Part shown: positions 1 through 11,100 of the stretch, piece by piece
Position numbering within the stretch: position 1 is the first letter of the stretch
Layout: each line of letters opens with the position of its first letter
Source of the DNA: a virus
Taxonomy: Duplodnaviria; Caudoviricetes
DNA: 52,602 nucleotides
Direction: 5' to 3' (one strand)
Virus record (IMG/VR): IMGVR_UViG_3300001683_000042
Coordinates: 1-52,602 of that record
The notes under the pieces: model-generated
What the model was told of the DNA's origin: nothing
What the model saw: only the letters and a program-made list of their open reading frames with translations
Database searches by the model: none
Made by a program: the position numbers and the translations under genes

Positions 1-8
1 TATTTTTT

Positions 9-680
9 ATGCACAATAATTTGATAGCATTTTTATCATTAATAAAACAAAATAAATTACCGCAAGACGTTCAAATGGTATCCATAGGAGCATGGGACAC
101 ATCTCAATTAGATGTAAATTATTTTTTCATGTGGGATCAAGAAAAAATAGATATGTATAACAAATATACCCATGATACATTTGATTGTACTGTTAAGTAT
201 GTTGGTGCTCATTATGCATTTAATAAAAATAATAAATCTAAATACTGGGATGATTGGGCAAAAAAACGAAAACAGTATATAGATCATGGGTCTAAGGTTA
301 TGAGTTATAAACAACAACATTTATTTTTTGGTAGACCTGCTTTTAGTTTATTATCAGCAGGCAACGAATTAGGATCAGAAATAGATGGTTGGGATTTATC
401 TAAAGTTTGGATAACCCCAAGACAAGAAGAAGCATATAAGTCTGGTGCATTAGAAGATGAGCGAGCTATATTAGAAGATAGAACACCAAAAGAATATTTG
501 CAAGCTCTTAGAACTATTTTAGGTAGATTAACACACCGGCGTTGGTTAAATGATGTTTTTTGTGAGTATGCTTATGATTTAATTGATCAATATAAATGGT
601 TAGATCATGTAGGTGAATTGCGGGACTCAGATATAAAAGAGTCCCGCCAATATATAGAAAGTATAACTACTATGTTTTAA
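9..680 (+). CDS. Hypothetical protein, possibly N-terminally truncated by the window edge
   Basis: 223-aa ORF whose frame is open back to the window start; converges on 677..1291 with a 4-nt overlap; no recognised motif. Confidence 0.7.
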   Translation: MHNNLIAFLSLIKQNKLPQDVQMVSIGAWDTSQLDVNYFFMWDQEKIDMYNKYTHDTFDCTVKYVGAHYAFNKNNKSKYWDDWAKKRKQYIDHGSKVMSYKQQHLFFGRPAFSLLSAGNELGSEIDGWDLSKVWITPRQEEAYKSGALEDERAILEDRTPKEYLQALRTILGRLTHRRWLNDVFCEYAYDLIDQYKWLDHVGELRDSDIKESRQYIESITTMF

Positions 681-1291
681 AGTCCAGAACCTGGATCGTC
701 AACATCATACGTCGCTTTTATTCTGGCTGCCTTAGTCGCCGCAATACCTGCCTCTGTATCTGTTCCAGCCGCAACATCTTTATATGACTCCGCTAATGGA
801 CAAGTCCACTCTTGCGGGCCAGGCCAATCATCAGGATGTTTTCTTGCTACTAATGCGTCTTTAATTAATTGTTCGTGTTCGCCGGATTTAGTTCGACATT
901 CAGCTCTGTCTGCTAGTGCGGCAACAACGTCAGCATGAGTCCAATCACCTGCGGCGGTGTCTAATGCTTTTTCTAATTTCCAGCCAGATTCATTAAATCT
1001 AGCCTGTGCTTCTGCTTTTATTTGTTCGGCGGCTGCTAAAAATTGTGACACACGACCCGGCCAAACATCTGTTTCCCATAGTCTATCTAATTCTATTTTA
1101 ACTGCGTCATCAGTCCAGCCAGGAAATCTATCAAATATAATAACCGGATCTTCTGATTTATTAATGCCGAATCTAGATGGCAAAGTTAGGTCCTGTCCTT
1201 CTTGGCTATGTAAGTGTGCAGGTAAATCAAATTCGCCGTCGTCATGAATTTGTTTTCCTATATTTTTTGTATCAAAGTCTATTTTTGCCAT
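677..1291 (-). CDS. Hypothetical protein, possibly a tail-fibre assembly chaperone
   Basis: 204 aa with AAGGA RBS and an upstream GATAAATA late-type promoter; last gene of the fibre cluster; helical segment QIKAEAQARFNESGWKLEKA...LADRAECR loosely resembles fibre chaperones. Confidence 0.6.
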   Translation of the reverse strand: MAKIDFDTKNIGKQIHDDGEFDLPAHLHSQEGQDLTLPSRFGINKSEDPVIIFDRFPGWTDDAVKIELDRLWETDVWPGRVSQFLAAAEQIKAEAQARFNESGWKLEKALDTAAGDWTHADVVAALADRAECRTKSGEHEQLIKDALVARKHPDDWPGPQEWTCPLAESYKDVAAGTDTEAGIAATKAARIKATYDVDDPGSGL

Positions 1292-1314
1292 TTGTAATCC
1301 TTTTACTTACAATA

Positions 1315-1322
1315 TATTTATC
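1315..1322 (-). promoter_or_regulatory. Putative gp55-dependent late promoter (GATAAATA)
   Basis: Matches the T4 late TATAAATA core about 25 nt upstream of the ATG at 1291; the motif recurs before other structural genes. Confidence 0.55.
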
Positions 1323-1373
1323 ATTTGCAATTCGATGCAATGCAAAGTTCTTTTATATATTTATACCTTTCAT

Positions 1374-3320
1374 TCAGAAGATCGGCACCACAGTTGGATA
1401 GTTTGTTGTATGTGCCATTATATCCAAATGACGACCTACATTATTATTCTTCCATGCCGCCTGTGTACCATCATGCGGCGCAACTTGATACCAAATATAA
1501 CCCTCGTGTGCAGTTCCAGAATCCCAATTATCTCCTCGATGAACATAAAAATCTTCTTCTCCAAACGCTACTACTTGCCAACCATGGGTAGTATCATCCG
1601 CTTGTTCTCCTTGGGCCCATGCACTATTCTTTTTATCAATAATCCAACTTTTTATACCACATCCTAATCCATAATATTGAGTAAACATATATACTAGTTG
1701 TTTATTTCTACTCATTACAATTCGTTGCCCATACGGTCCTGAATCTCTTCCATATGTTGTACCATTTAAAGTATGTGAATCTAATGTTGTAAACGTACCA
1801 ATAGTAACCAAACAGGCTTTAATTTCCATTCCGGTTCCTCCAGTACCAGTATTATCTATTGTAACAACAGGATGAGGTTCAACACTATAATCATAATGAC
1901 TACCACCATCAACTACAGTTGTACTCGTTCCCCTTCCCTTTGTTACTGTAACAGTACCTGTTGCTTTTGTTCCGGCAACATCTGTTGGATTTGCAATAGT
2001 AATAGTCGGAGCCGAAAGATATCCTTTACCTGGTTTAGTAATAATAAGACGATATACTTTATTGCTTGGTTGGTCGCCGGTTACTTGGGTTGATTTATCT
2101 CGCCATGTATTGTCTATTATTCCTAAGTTAAAGCTAATATTTAAATTCATCATAGTAGCATAAACTTGACCATCATCTGTCATGGTAAATTTACCAGATC
2201 GTTGTGATTCTGCGTATGAAGAATTAAATCCTGTTCCCCAGGTAAAATATATATAAACTGCATTTTCTTCTTTTAATACATCTTCTAATGCAGTTAATCT
2301 ATCTATTTTAGGAACATTAGTATAAACTTTCATAATGAAACTCGCAATACCTTCTGTTAATTGATTAGCAACCGTAAGTTCTTGTCTTGTTTTATTGTAA
2401 GTTAATGTTCCATATCCCGATAGAGGCTTGGTACCTGGGTCTTCATTGTACGTAATTTCAAACATAGAAGGCGAACCTCTATGTTCATACATAAACCACG
2501 AATCGTGACTTGCCCATGTTACATGGGTACCAGGCATCCATTTTTCTCTTAAATGAACATAATGCCCTTGATATTTCATATAAGTTTGTCTATGGTCTAA
2601 ATCACACGAACCTACCTCAATATTTTCATATCTAAATGCGTTTCCATAATCATGAAATCGTTCTGTTGGCATAGCCCCATGGCCTATTTTAATTCTATAA
2701 TGTCCGACTTCACCTACAGCATCTGTTCTACTTGGGTGTTGTTCGCCTGTGCTTGTATTGCCTGTGGTAGCATGACATTGAGTTTTTAACCAACAATGAT
2801 TATTATGAGCACCCCAATTTTTATGGTGGCCAGAATATAGACCTGTTGTGTCTCCGCCATCTCCACCTGTATACCAATGGGAGCCTTGTGATTTATATGC
2901 TCTGCGTTCATATGGTCTAAAATATTGATCATAGGTAATACTTCCACCAGTATAATTACTATGAGCACTCCATATAGCAAATTGAGGTTTTGCTTCGTCG
3001 CGTGTCCCTTTGTAATTTTGATAGTTTGTATAAACACCCATTTCTCCGTCGGATCGTGTTTGTTGTTCTCTATGAATTCCGCCACCTAATGGTGAGACTT
3101 CCGAAGTAGATGTAGATTGAGTGGCTCGTTCTCTATCAAGTCCACCTTCATTTAACTCAGCATTTTCTAAATTAACTCTACCTTTATAACTTTCTTTGGG
3201 ATTAGATTCTATTTGATCTAATGCTTTAGCCAAAAAGCTAACATTTGAGGCAGTAGAAGTAGATGCTAAGTCATATACTCTATCTATCAATTTTTGTTTT
3301 ATATTGTTGAAAGTTGCCAT
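1374..3320 (-). CDS. Fibre-associated protein, paralog 4 of a tandem array, with an inserted fibre-type beta module
   Basis: 648 aa; shares KQKLIDR, PQFAIWSAHS, VGEVGHYR, SRNK and terminal TTNYPTVVPIF motifs with three neighbours; extra ITKPGKGYLSAPTITI...GGSHY segment. Confidence 0.75.
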   Translation of the reverse strand: MATFNNIKQKLIDRVYDLASTSTASNVSFLAKALDQIESNPKESYKGRVNLENAELNEGGLDRERATQSTSTSEVSPLGGGIHREQQTRSDGEMGVYTNYQNYKGTRDEAKPQFAIWSAHSNYTGGSITYDQYFRPYERRAYKSQGSHWYTGGDGGDTTGLYSGHHKNWGAHNNHCWLKTQCHATTGNTSTGEQHPSRTDAVGEVGHYRIKIGHGAMPTERFHDYGNAFRYENIEVGSCDLDHRQTYMKYQGHYVHLREKWMPGTHVTWASHDSWFMYEHRGSPSMFEITYNEDPGTKPLSGYGTLTYNKTRQELTVANQLTEGIASFIMKVYTNVPKIDRLTALEDVLKEENAVYIYFTWGTGFNSSYAESQRSGKFTMTDDGQVYATMMNLNISFNLGIIDNTWRDKSTQVTGDQPSNKVYRLIITKPGKGYLSAPTITIANPTDVAGTKATGTVTVTKGRGTSTTVVDGGSHYDYSVEPHPVVTIDNTGTGGTGMEIKACLVTIGTFTTLDSHTLNGTTYGRDSGPYGQRIVMSRNKQLVYMFTQYYGLGCGIKSWIIDKKNSAWAQGEQADDTTHGWQVVAFGEEDFYVHRGDNWDSGTAHEGYIWYQVAPHDGTQAAWKNNNVGRHLDIMAHTTNYPTVVPIF

Positions 3321-3331
3321 TTATTTTCCTT

Positions 3332-5149
3332 TTATATAATTGGTATCAATGTTGGATATGTTGTATAATGAGGAACAGTTGACGCCATTGCTCTTGACAT
3401 TTCAGTTCGCATCCATGTACCTGTATTATGGTCTTGTCTCATAAGATATAATCGATACGATGCGTCTGGTCCGTGTTTATTACGAGCATAACTAGCAACA
3501 AATCCTTCTTCACCAAATGGACCCCATTGACATCCATCTGATGTCTGTCGAACATACCATGCAATTTGATGTCTACTAAATCGTCTATCTATAATCCATG
3601 CAGACATACCGCAACCATAATTATAATATGGTGATTGCAAAATAACATTTCTATGATTTCTACTCATAATGTTAACATGGCCACATCCTGCAGATGTACC
3701 ACCTGGATGAGTTCCGCCTGCTTCTCTTCCATAAATATCATTACAATAATGATAATCCACTACGTCGGTTCTATTATCATACCCTATCACATCTTCATTT
3801 AAATATTCATCTTGGTTTTTATAACCTGCCATTGCCGCGTGTTTGTTCCAAACAGGAATAAAACCATCAGCATAATAATCATCATCAGTTACACCATCTA
3901 CAGTATATCTATTACATCTATGTAAAGAATGGCATGTACTATGAGTGATACTCCAATAAATATCACCAGTATCTACCATTACAATTTTCATACCTTCTCT
4001 ACCTTCTGCTCGTTGACCTGGATCATAAAGGGTTTGTGCAAATACAGATCGTCCTTGTATACCATATTCTAGACTATATCCGTGATCACTTGTAGGAGTG
4101 TAAGTACCTCGAGCGCCACCATCTTCCATTCTAGTTTGCATTGTTGCTGATGTAGCATTATCTAATGCAACATTTATATCAGTAGATAAATTAATATCAG
4201 GTACATTTTTATAAATTTTTGTATCAAAATAATAACCAGTACTGCCTTCCTGGTCTGTAACGGCATTATTTCTGTTTAAAACTGCTAATTCTTTACGCTC
4301 TGCATTATGTGTTAAGGAACCGTATGCGGCAGAATCCCCATTTACAGTAGCTTTTTGAGAATAATCTAAGTTAGCCGCTCCCGGCAAAATCTTTTTATTT
4401 CGTAATCTAATAGATTGATTTTGATATATTAGATATGTATATTTGTCTGTTGGTTCGTAGTTACCAGTTTCTACTTGTTCGTTTCTTTTTTCATGTCGCG
4501 GCCCAATACCACTTGATTGGTTATTTTCATTATTCCAAAAATTAACTGCCAAGCATGCCGCCGGCCCGCCTAAAATTAAATTACTATTACCATGCGGACC
4601 ACATGTATCTGCACCATTATTATAACAATGACTACTACTTGTAGTACCAGCAGTATTAAAATAACAATTATTACCATTCCAAGAAAAACATGCACTTCGT
4701 TGTCCTGTTGACCAAGGTCCCCACATTCCACCAGTTTGTCCACCATAATGATGGCACCATGTCCAGGTAGAATTACCGCATGGTTCGCATTTCTCATCAT
4801 AAACTGTTACACCGCAAGACCAACTATAATGTGAAGTATAAATACCAAATTGAGCAGGTGATGAATTTCTACTGTCTTGTTGGCCACTGTTCCATCCTGG
4901 CATTGCAGTATGAGGTACTTCCTGCTGTCTTGGTCGTATTCCATAACAATCAGGACCTGTACCATCAGTATATGTATCTTCTTTAACTTTTTTGTTTAAC
5001 ACTTCTAGCGATTTAGATAGGTATGTTAAATCTTTTACTGTAGTACTAGAATCAGCACCTAATGTATTAATTTTATCAATTAATTTTTGTTTGACTATAG
5101 ATTCTTTTCTAGGTATTATTTCATCTACTCGTTCTTGGTTGTAATTCAT
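3332..5149 (-). CDS. Fibre-associated protein, paralog 3 of a tandem array
   Basis: 605 aa; KQKLIDKI, PAQFGIYTSH, SRNHRNV and terminal TTYPTLIPII; rich in Cys and His. Confidence 0.75.
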   Translation of the reverse strand: MNYNQERVDEIIPRKESIVKQKLIDKINTLGADSSTTVKDLTYLSKSLEVLNKKVKEDTYTDGTGPDCYGIRPRQQEVPHTAMPGWNSGQQDSRNSSPAQFGIYTSHYSWSCGVTVYDEKCEPCGNSTWTWCHHYGGQTGGMWGPWSTGQRSACFSWNGNNCYFNTAGTTSSSHCYNNGADTCGPHGNSNLILGGPAACLAVNFWNNENNQSSGIGPRHEKRNEQVETGNYEPTDKYTYLIYQNQSIRLRNKKILPGAANLDYSQKATVNGDSAAYGSLTHNAERKELAVLNRNNAVTDQEGSTGYYFDTKIYKNVPDINLSTDINVALDNATSATMQTRMEDGGARGTYTPTSDHGYSLEYGIQGRSVFAQTLYDPGQRAEGREGMKIVMVDTGDIYWSITHSTCHSLHRCNRYTVDGVTDDDYYADGFIPVWNKHAAMAGYKNQDEYLNEDVIGYDNRTDVVDYHYCNDIYGREAGGTHPGGTSAGCGHVNIMSRNHRNVILQSPYYNYGCGMSAWIIDRRFSRHQIAWYVRQTSDGCQWGPFGEEGFVASYARNKHGPDASYRLYLMRQDHNTGTWMRTEMSRAMASTVPHYTTYPTLIPII

Positions 5150-5161
5150 TTTTTATATTCC

Positions 5162-6586
5162 TTAATAATTCATTGGTACTAAGCACGGATAATTTGTTGT
5201 CCACCAGCCGTTATTATCTATTTGGCCGCCTGTGTCTGTTTCTACCCATGATCCGTCTGTTTCTTTTTGTATAAAACATATCACGGATTGAGCTCCTGGC
5301 CAATCCCAGTTATGATTTCGTGATATTACAAATCCTTTATCACCATATGGTCCTACCTGAGCACCATGAGTTGTGGTTAGCCAATTATATCCATTTGCAA
5401 AAGAATTTCTGTCTTTACTAACAATATAACTTATCATACCTTTTTGATACTGATGATAGCTAACAAATAGATATACATTTTTCTTATCTCTACTTTGAAC
5501 TAACATGTGTCCGTGCCCACCACTTTGTGCCTGACCATAATTAGTAGAATGCACCGCTGTTTGATTATGGGTACCATAAGTAAGAGTTGTATCACCGGCA
5601 TCTCTTGTTAATTTTACAATATGAAGATACGCAGTGGGCTCATGTGTTGTTACGTACATTGATCCATCATCACATAATACAATTTTATTATTTTCGTATG
5701 TTTCTAAATCGCCCGAATTATATCCATCAGCATGTACATAATCTAATGATACAGAGCCAGCTTCTGCCGCAGTTAAAACAGCACTTAAATCTGTTTTTCG
5801 ATTTATTTCTGGTATAGTTTTATAAATTTTTACAGTAAATGTACTTGATGATAATTGTCTGTTAAGAACAACCAATTCTGCGAGTGATTTATTATAAGAA
5901 ACACCACCTCGATTACTGTTAGTATTATTGGCGGTATTATGTGAGCTTAGTGACGTATGATCATGTGCTAAATGCCGCAAACGTAACTCTACAGTTTGGT
6001 CTTTATATTTTAAATAACATTCTCTGTCATCTAATTCTGCATTACCTGCATAAAAATTTTCAGTTCTATAATTATCCCCCGCTTCCCCGGCTCTAATGGA
6101 TTCTAATGCTCGATAACCACCAATCATTCTATAATGACCTAACTCACCTACAGATGTAGTACCATTTATATAACATTCTGCTCCGGACGGGCAGTGATCA
6201 TTACATCTATAATAACAATTATTGTCTGCCCATTGTTCTTTGAATCCTCCACAATAAACACCATTCCATCCTCCATCGGCAGTATCTTCATAACTACTAT
6301 GCCAATATCCTCGCATTCTAATTGGATATGCAAATTCATCTACAACTGTCATTCCGCCACCATGACTGTGATGTGAAGACCATATTCCATATTCTGGTCT
6401 AGTATTTCGATAATGATAATCTGGTGGAGGCTTAATTGGAGTACTTTCATCTACCCCTGTGTTAACGGTAGTTAATGCATCTGTTAAGAGTATAGTATCG
6501 GATGCATCCGTGGATGCAGTTTCGGCTAATACTTGTATTCTATCTAATACTGCATCTTTTGCTTGTTTAATTGTTTCATTACTCAT
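5162..6586 (-). CDS. Fibre-associated protein, paralog 2 of a tandem array
   Basis: 474 aa; PEYGIWSSHH, VGELGHYR, QSRDKKNV and terminal TTNYPCLVPMNY. Confidence 0.75.
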   Translation of the reverse strand: MSNETIKQAKDAVLDRIQVLAETASTDASDTILLTDALTTVNTGVDESTPIKPPPDYHYRNTRPEYGIWSSHHSHGGGMTVVDEFAYPIRMRGYWHSSYEDTADGGWNGVYCGGFKEQWADNNCYYRCNDHCPSGAECYINGTTSVGELGHYRMIGGYRALESIRAGEAGDNYRTENFYAGNAELDDRECYLKYKDQTVELRLRHLAHDHTSLSSHNTANNTNSNRGGVSYNKSLAELVVLNRQLSSSTFTVKIYKTIPEINRKTDLSAVLTAAEAGSVSLDYVHADGYNSGDLETYENNKIVLCDDGSMYVTTHEPTAYLHIVKLTRDAGDTTLTYGTHNQTAVHSTNYGQAQSGGHGHMLVQSRDKKNVYLFVSYHQYQKGMISYIVSKDRNSFANGYNWLTTTHGAQVGPYGDKGFVISRNHNWDWPGAQSVICFIQKETDGSWVETDTGGQIDNNGWWTTNYPCLVPMNY

Positions 6587-6598
6587 AGTTAAATCACC

Positions 6599-8146
6599 TT
6601 AATATGTTAAACCGTCTTTATGTAAAGGAACCACAGCCGGATATTGTGTACTATGTCCTTGCGAATCCATTTGAGCACCTACCCAATAAGACTCAAAATG
6701 TCCTTTTGGATTTTGATATGCTATTCTTGATGTTTTATTAAGACCGCCCCAGTCATTCCAATCTTGGGCATGATGTATATAAAAATCTGCATCTCTAAAT
6801 GGACTTATTTGTATGCCATGTGATGTTTGTTGACTCCATAATTCAGGATATTCTCTTGATGTATCTCTTGAAATAATCCAGCCACACATTCCTGAACCAT
6901 AAAAATAAAATGGCCCATACATACATACATTTCTTTTATTTCTACTTTGAACAATTCTTACACCTGCGGCTTTATTGTCATGAGCACCATAACAATTGCT
7001 ACAACGTTGTGTTTGTCTTGTTTCAAATCTTATTGCCCTGTCATCTCGTTGTCTAACCAATCTTGCTAATGTATAAGAGTTATATGGATTTTGAGTTATT
7101 ACAAAAATAGATCCATTATCAACTAAAGTACATTTTTGTTGCCAATGTGAACCTTTATAATTAGTATTCATACCATAAACCCAATTAAAGTATAAATTTT
7201 TTGCAGTTTTATCGTCTAATACTTTTTCTAAGTTGGTTGCACCATCAATTTGTTGAATACCATAATACATTCTTACCCGATGTCTATTCATTTGGTTGCC
7301 GTCCAAGGCGTCCATTTGTCCACCGTTTGTAATAGCATTCCAATAACTGCTATTTGTGCTTGATAAATGATGGCTTGCATAATCCATTACAGGTTGAGCA
7401 GGATTAATAAAACATGCTTCTTTACGTTTTCTATTAAATGAAGTACAACCATAATTGTTACCTGTTTGTCCAGGTATATGTTTGGTTGATGTTGCTGAGG
7501 CTCTACCATGTTCTGTCATAAATCTATTAACAATGGCGGCTTGATTATGAATATAGTTAACATAGTATCTATTATCACGAACTTCCCAGGATCCAATTTT
7601 GGAATTCTCTAATTGTCTAAAATCACCTAAGTGAGAATGATAATAACCTATATGACCACCTTCTCCCATTTTAAGTCTAAAATGGCCAAGTTCACCTACT
7701 GCATCTGTTCCATTAATATAACAATGATGTTGATGTGAGTGACATGTAGTATCTAACCAACAATGATTTCCACCATATGCGTATGCTTCTGTTGATCCCC
7801 AACCATGGTGTCCAAAAAGTCCGTCTACACCACCATTATAACAATGATACCCCATAAAATGGGTATTATCGTAAATATCCAAATTACTATCATATATAAT
7901 AGATCCACCGCCTTCATGACTATGATTGTGCTGTCTACCACACCAAATAACAAATTCTGCATCTCGTTCAAAATATAACTCGTTTGATCCTCTCGGATGT
8001 TGGGAAAATATTCTATCTTCAGGAATTACCTCTTGCACATTATTAATTGCTTTAGCAAGTTGAGATACCTCTGTTGCGTTTGCAGTTACCACTTTACTAT
8101 CTATTTGATCTAATAATGTTTGTTTTGTTGTTGTACCTGTTGCCAT
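6599..8146 (-). CDS. Fibre-associated protein, paralog 1 of a tandem array
   Basis: 515 aa; KQTLLDQI, AEFVIWCG, VGELGHFR, QSRNKRNV and terminal STQYPAVVPL. Confidence 0.75.
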   Translation of the reverse strand: MATGTTTKQTLLDQIDSKVVTANATEVSQLAKAINNVQEVIPEDRIFSQHPRGSNELYFERDAEFVIWCGRQHNHSHEGGGSIIYDSNLDIYDNTHFMGYHCYNGGVDGLFGHHGWGSTEAYAYGGNHCWLDTTCHSHQHHCYINGTDAVGELGHFRLKMGEGGHIGYYHSHLGDFRQLENSKIGSWEVRDNRYYVNYIHNQAAIVNRFMTEHGRASATSTKHIPGQTGNNYGCTSFNRKRKEACFINPAQPVMDYASHHLSSTNSSYWNAITNGGQMDALDGNQMNRHRVRMYYGIQQIDGATNLEKVLDDKTAKNLYFNWVYGMNTNYKGSHWQQKCTLVDNGSIFVITQNPYNSYTLARLVRQRDDRAIRFETRQTQRCSNCYGAHDNKAAGVRIVQSRNKRNVCMYGPFYFYGSGMCGWIISRDTSREYPELWSQQTSHGIQISPFRDADFYIHHAQDWNDWGGLNKTSRIAYQNPKGHFESYWVGAQMDSQGHSTQYPAVVPLHKDGLTY

Positions 8147-8157
8147 TTTTTATCCTT

Positions 8158-11100
8158 TTAGGGTGTATCTGGTGAAGCTGTTCCTGCTACCCGATTATTA
8201 TCTAATGTTTCCATAATAGCTGAAACTAATTGTTGGGTCAGAAAATTATCTTCAAAATATGTTTTAGTAATCAAACTTGTGTTAGTTGTTACCGCCGCAT
8301 TAGATTGCGGTTCTCCTGCGAAAACAACTTTACCGGTATCTGAATTTAACTGTAAATCCGTACCTGACGAAGCTACTGTTGAAATTGTTGTGCCTGATAT
8401 AAATAATGATCCAACTGTTGCAGTATTTACCCCAATGTTGCTCTCACTACCACCTAATTGGTCAGATACATATGTTTTAATTGCTTTTTCTGTTACTAAT
8501 GCAGTATCTGAGTTACCGCTTAATGTTCCATCTATTGAAAATTCATTAACTGTTGCTCCTGCACTTAATCCTAATTCTTGTACACCAACCAATGTAAAAT
8601 CTTCTACATTCATTGTTGCTTTTTTAGATGATTGTTGTACAGAAAATAACCCACCTACATCAAAATTACCATCTTGGTCTGTTGCTGTATAAAATACTCT
8701 TCCACCAGCTCCCTCTAGAACTTCTTTTGTTGGGTCGGCCGCTTGTGTTGGTACCCCGGGATAATTAGAAGTAACAAAATCTCCTGTTCCTATACTTAAA
8801 AAGTCATGTCCTGTTAATCTACAACTAGAATATTCTTCTCTAAATTGAATACTTGTTCCATGAATAGGTGAACTTGCTGTTGTCATTTGCGGAGATATAT
8901 GTATTAATGCTGTACCATTGGCACCTCCTGAATTAGTATATCCTATCACATTAGTCACAGTATAAAATATTGGATTAGTTCCTATTTTTATATTTGATCC
9001 GTCTTTAGGTTCAATATGTAAATTTTTCACATACATATAACTACCAGTTTGTGATACTTGTGCATATCCATCGCCTGTTATACTTGCTATAGTTGTTCCT
9101 GGAGTAAGTAACCCTTGTGTCATACCAGCCGGATAACCACCACCACCTGATGTTCGTGACCAAACTGGAATACCATCAGCGATATTAAGTGTAGCATTAT
9201 ATGCAGAAAGTGTAGTAGCATCTGCAGCCGGATCAACTATAGCCAACGTTGGTAAATCAGTTGTATCATATCCTTGGCCTGAATTTACAATAAGAATTTC
9301 TTCTACCTCATTATCTGTCGAAACTTGGCAATGTAAATAAGCCGCAGTTGTCGGAGCCGCTCCGCCTGTTAAAGTTACAGTTGGAACAACTTCATATTGA
9401 GAAGTAAGGTCAGGTATTAGGGTTGGATCTCCTGTCATAGAAGTCCATAGACCATTTAATGTTGCTATTTTTGTAGTAAAATCATAAGATCTAATAGTAC
9501 CATATTGACCTGCGGCTGTTCCACTTAGAATATTAACTGTCATTCCTATATAATCATTTGCTGGTATTGTATTAGCCGCTGTTAATTGAACAGTAGCAGA
9601 TGTTGTAAATGTTAAAGTAGAACTTCCAGTTATTGTTGCGGCCGCTGATATAGTAAAAGTAGCCGAATCAGGAATTGTAACAATAGTTGCACCAGTTGGT
9701 ATGCCAGTTCCACTTACTTCCATTCCAACTACTAGTGAAGATGTATTGCTCACCGGAGTTATTGTGGTAGTACTTGCAAGAGAGCAGAGGATTGTAAATC
9801 CTGCGGCTGGATTTGTTCCTGATTGTGCATTACCAATATATCTATTAAGATCTATTATATTATTTGATGCAGTTATTCTTGTTATACCATTATTACTGTA
9901 CGATCTTGCAAATGTAGCCGCTCCACCAACCGCTGAGGTTCCTGCATCAGGATCGCCTGGAGCAGAAAATGTTACATCTGCGGTTGTATATTCTTCACCA
10001 GCATACTGAAATTCCATTCGTATAACTTTACCTGTAGCCACATCAACTACAACTCTATATGGTAATGCTTCGCCTGTTCGATTATCTATATTACCAATTT
10101 TTTGTGCTAAGTTTGCTTCTGTTTCAAAATTACCTTCAGAAGCTGATCCATATTCTCCATATGAATTACCTCCACCAGTAGAATGTATAATTCCACCATT
10201 AGTAGTTAAATAACCTACGTGATTATAATGTGTAAATACCGATACTGCCTCAATTCTTCCTTTATTTGTTGCAAATAATCCAAAACCATCTGAGTTTATT
10301 TGAGTAAAGTCGTTTGTGCAAAAACTTTGATACTTACCGTATGGTGCATCGTACCCATCACAATATATTCCTCCGCCACCATCATTGATTGAAACTGCAT
10401 TTTGTATAAATGGAGATTTTAAGTTAATTGCACCATTTGGATCTAATCTAAAACACACACCTTTAACTGTAGGTTGAACAGGGGGCGATTGACCTAGAAC
10501 GTCACTTACATTACCTGTTAGACCTCTAAATGTAAAGCCATTAACAGTTATTGCATCGTTGCAATAAAACATTGCAACTTCATTATTAGGACGACCTGCA
10601 CCTAACATAGATATCCCAACTCCATTACCACCATCATCTTCCATATTAGGTTCTATAAATGTTGTACGTTTTTCCTTACCATGAAGGCCAACACCTGCTG
10701 GAATTACCATTGGTAAAAATTCTTTAAATACACCCGGAGCACACATAACTTGATCACCTGATCTTGATCTTTGCAGACAATACCTTATTGATTTAAATGC
10801 CGCACTAGGATTCTTACCCCAAGTAATAATACCAGTTACTTGTCCATATACATCAACCTTTACACCATTCAATACTAACTGCCAGCCTTCATTTATTTCG
10901 CCAGTTGTATCATTTATTGGAGTAACTGTTGCTCTTTCTTTTATGGCCATAAATATTTGATACATTGTTTCATCACCACCATAATTAGAAGTTGTTGTAA
11001 CATCTGTATTACCATATAATCTATCTTTACCATAAAAAACACTAACATTATTTGGATCTACTGCTGACACTTGATTAATAGTTTCCGAAGGAGCAAGTAA

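Noticed and set aside
1374-8146. Diversity-generating retroelement targets
   Set aside because: No reverse transcriptase or near-identical template/variable repeat pair was seen; similarity is only at protein level
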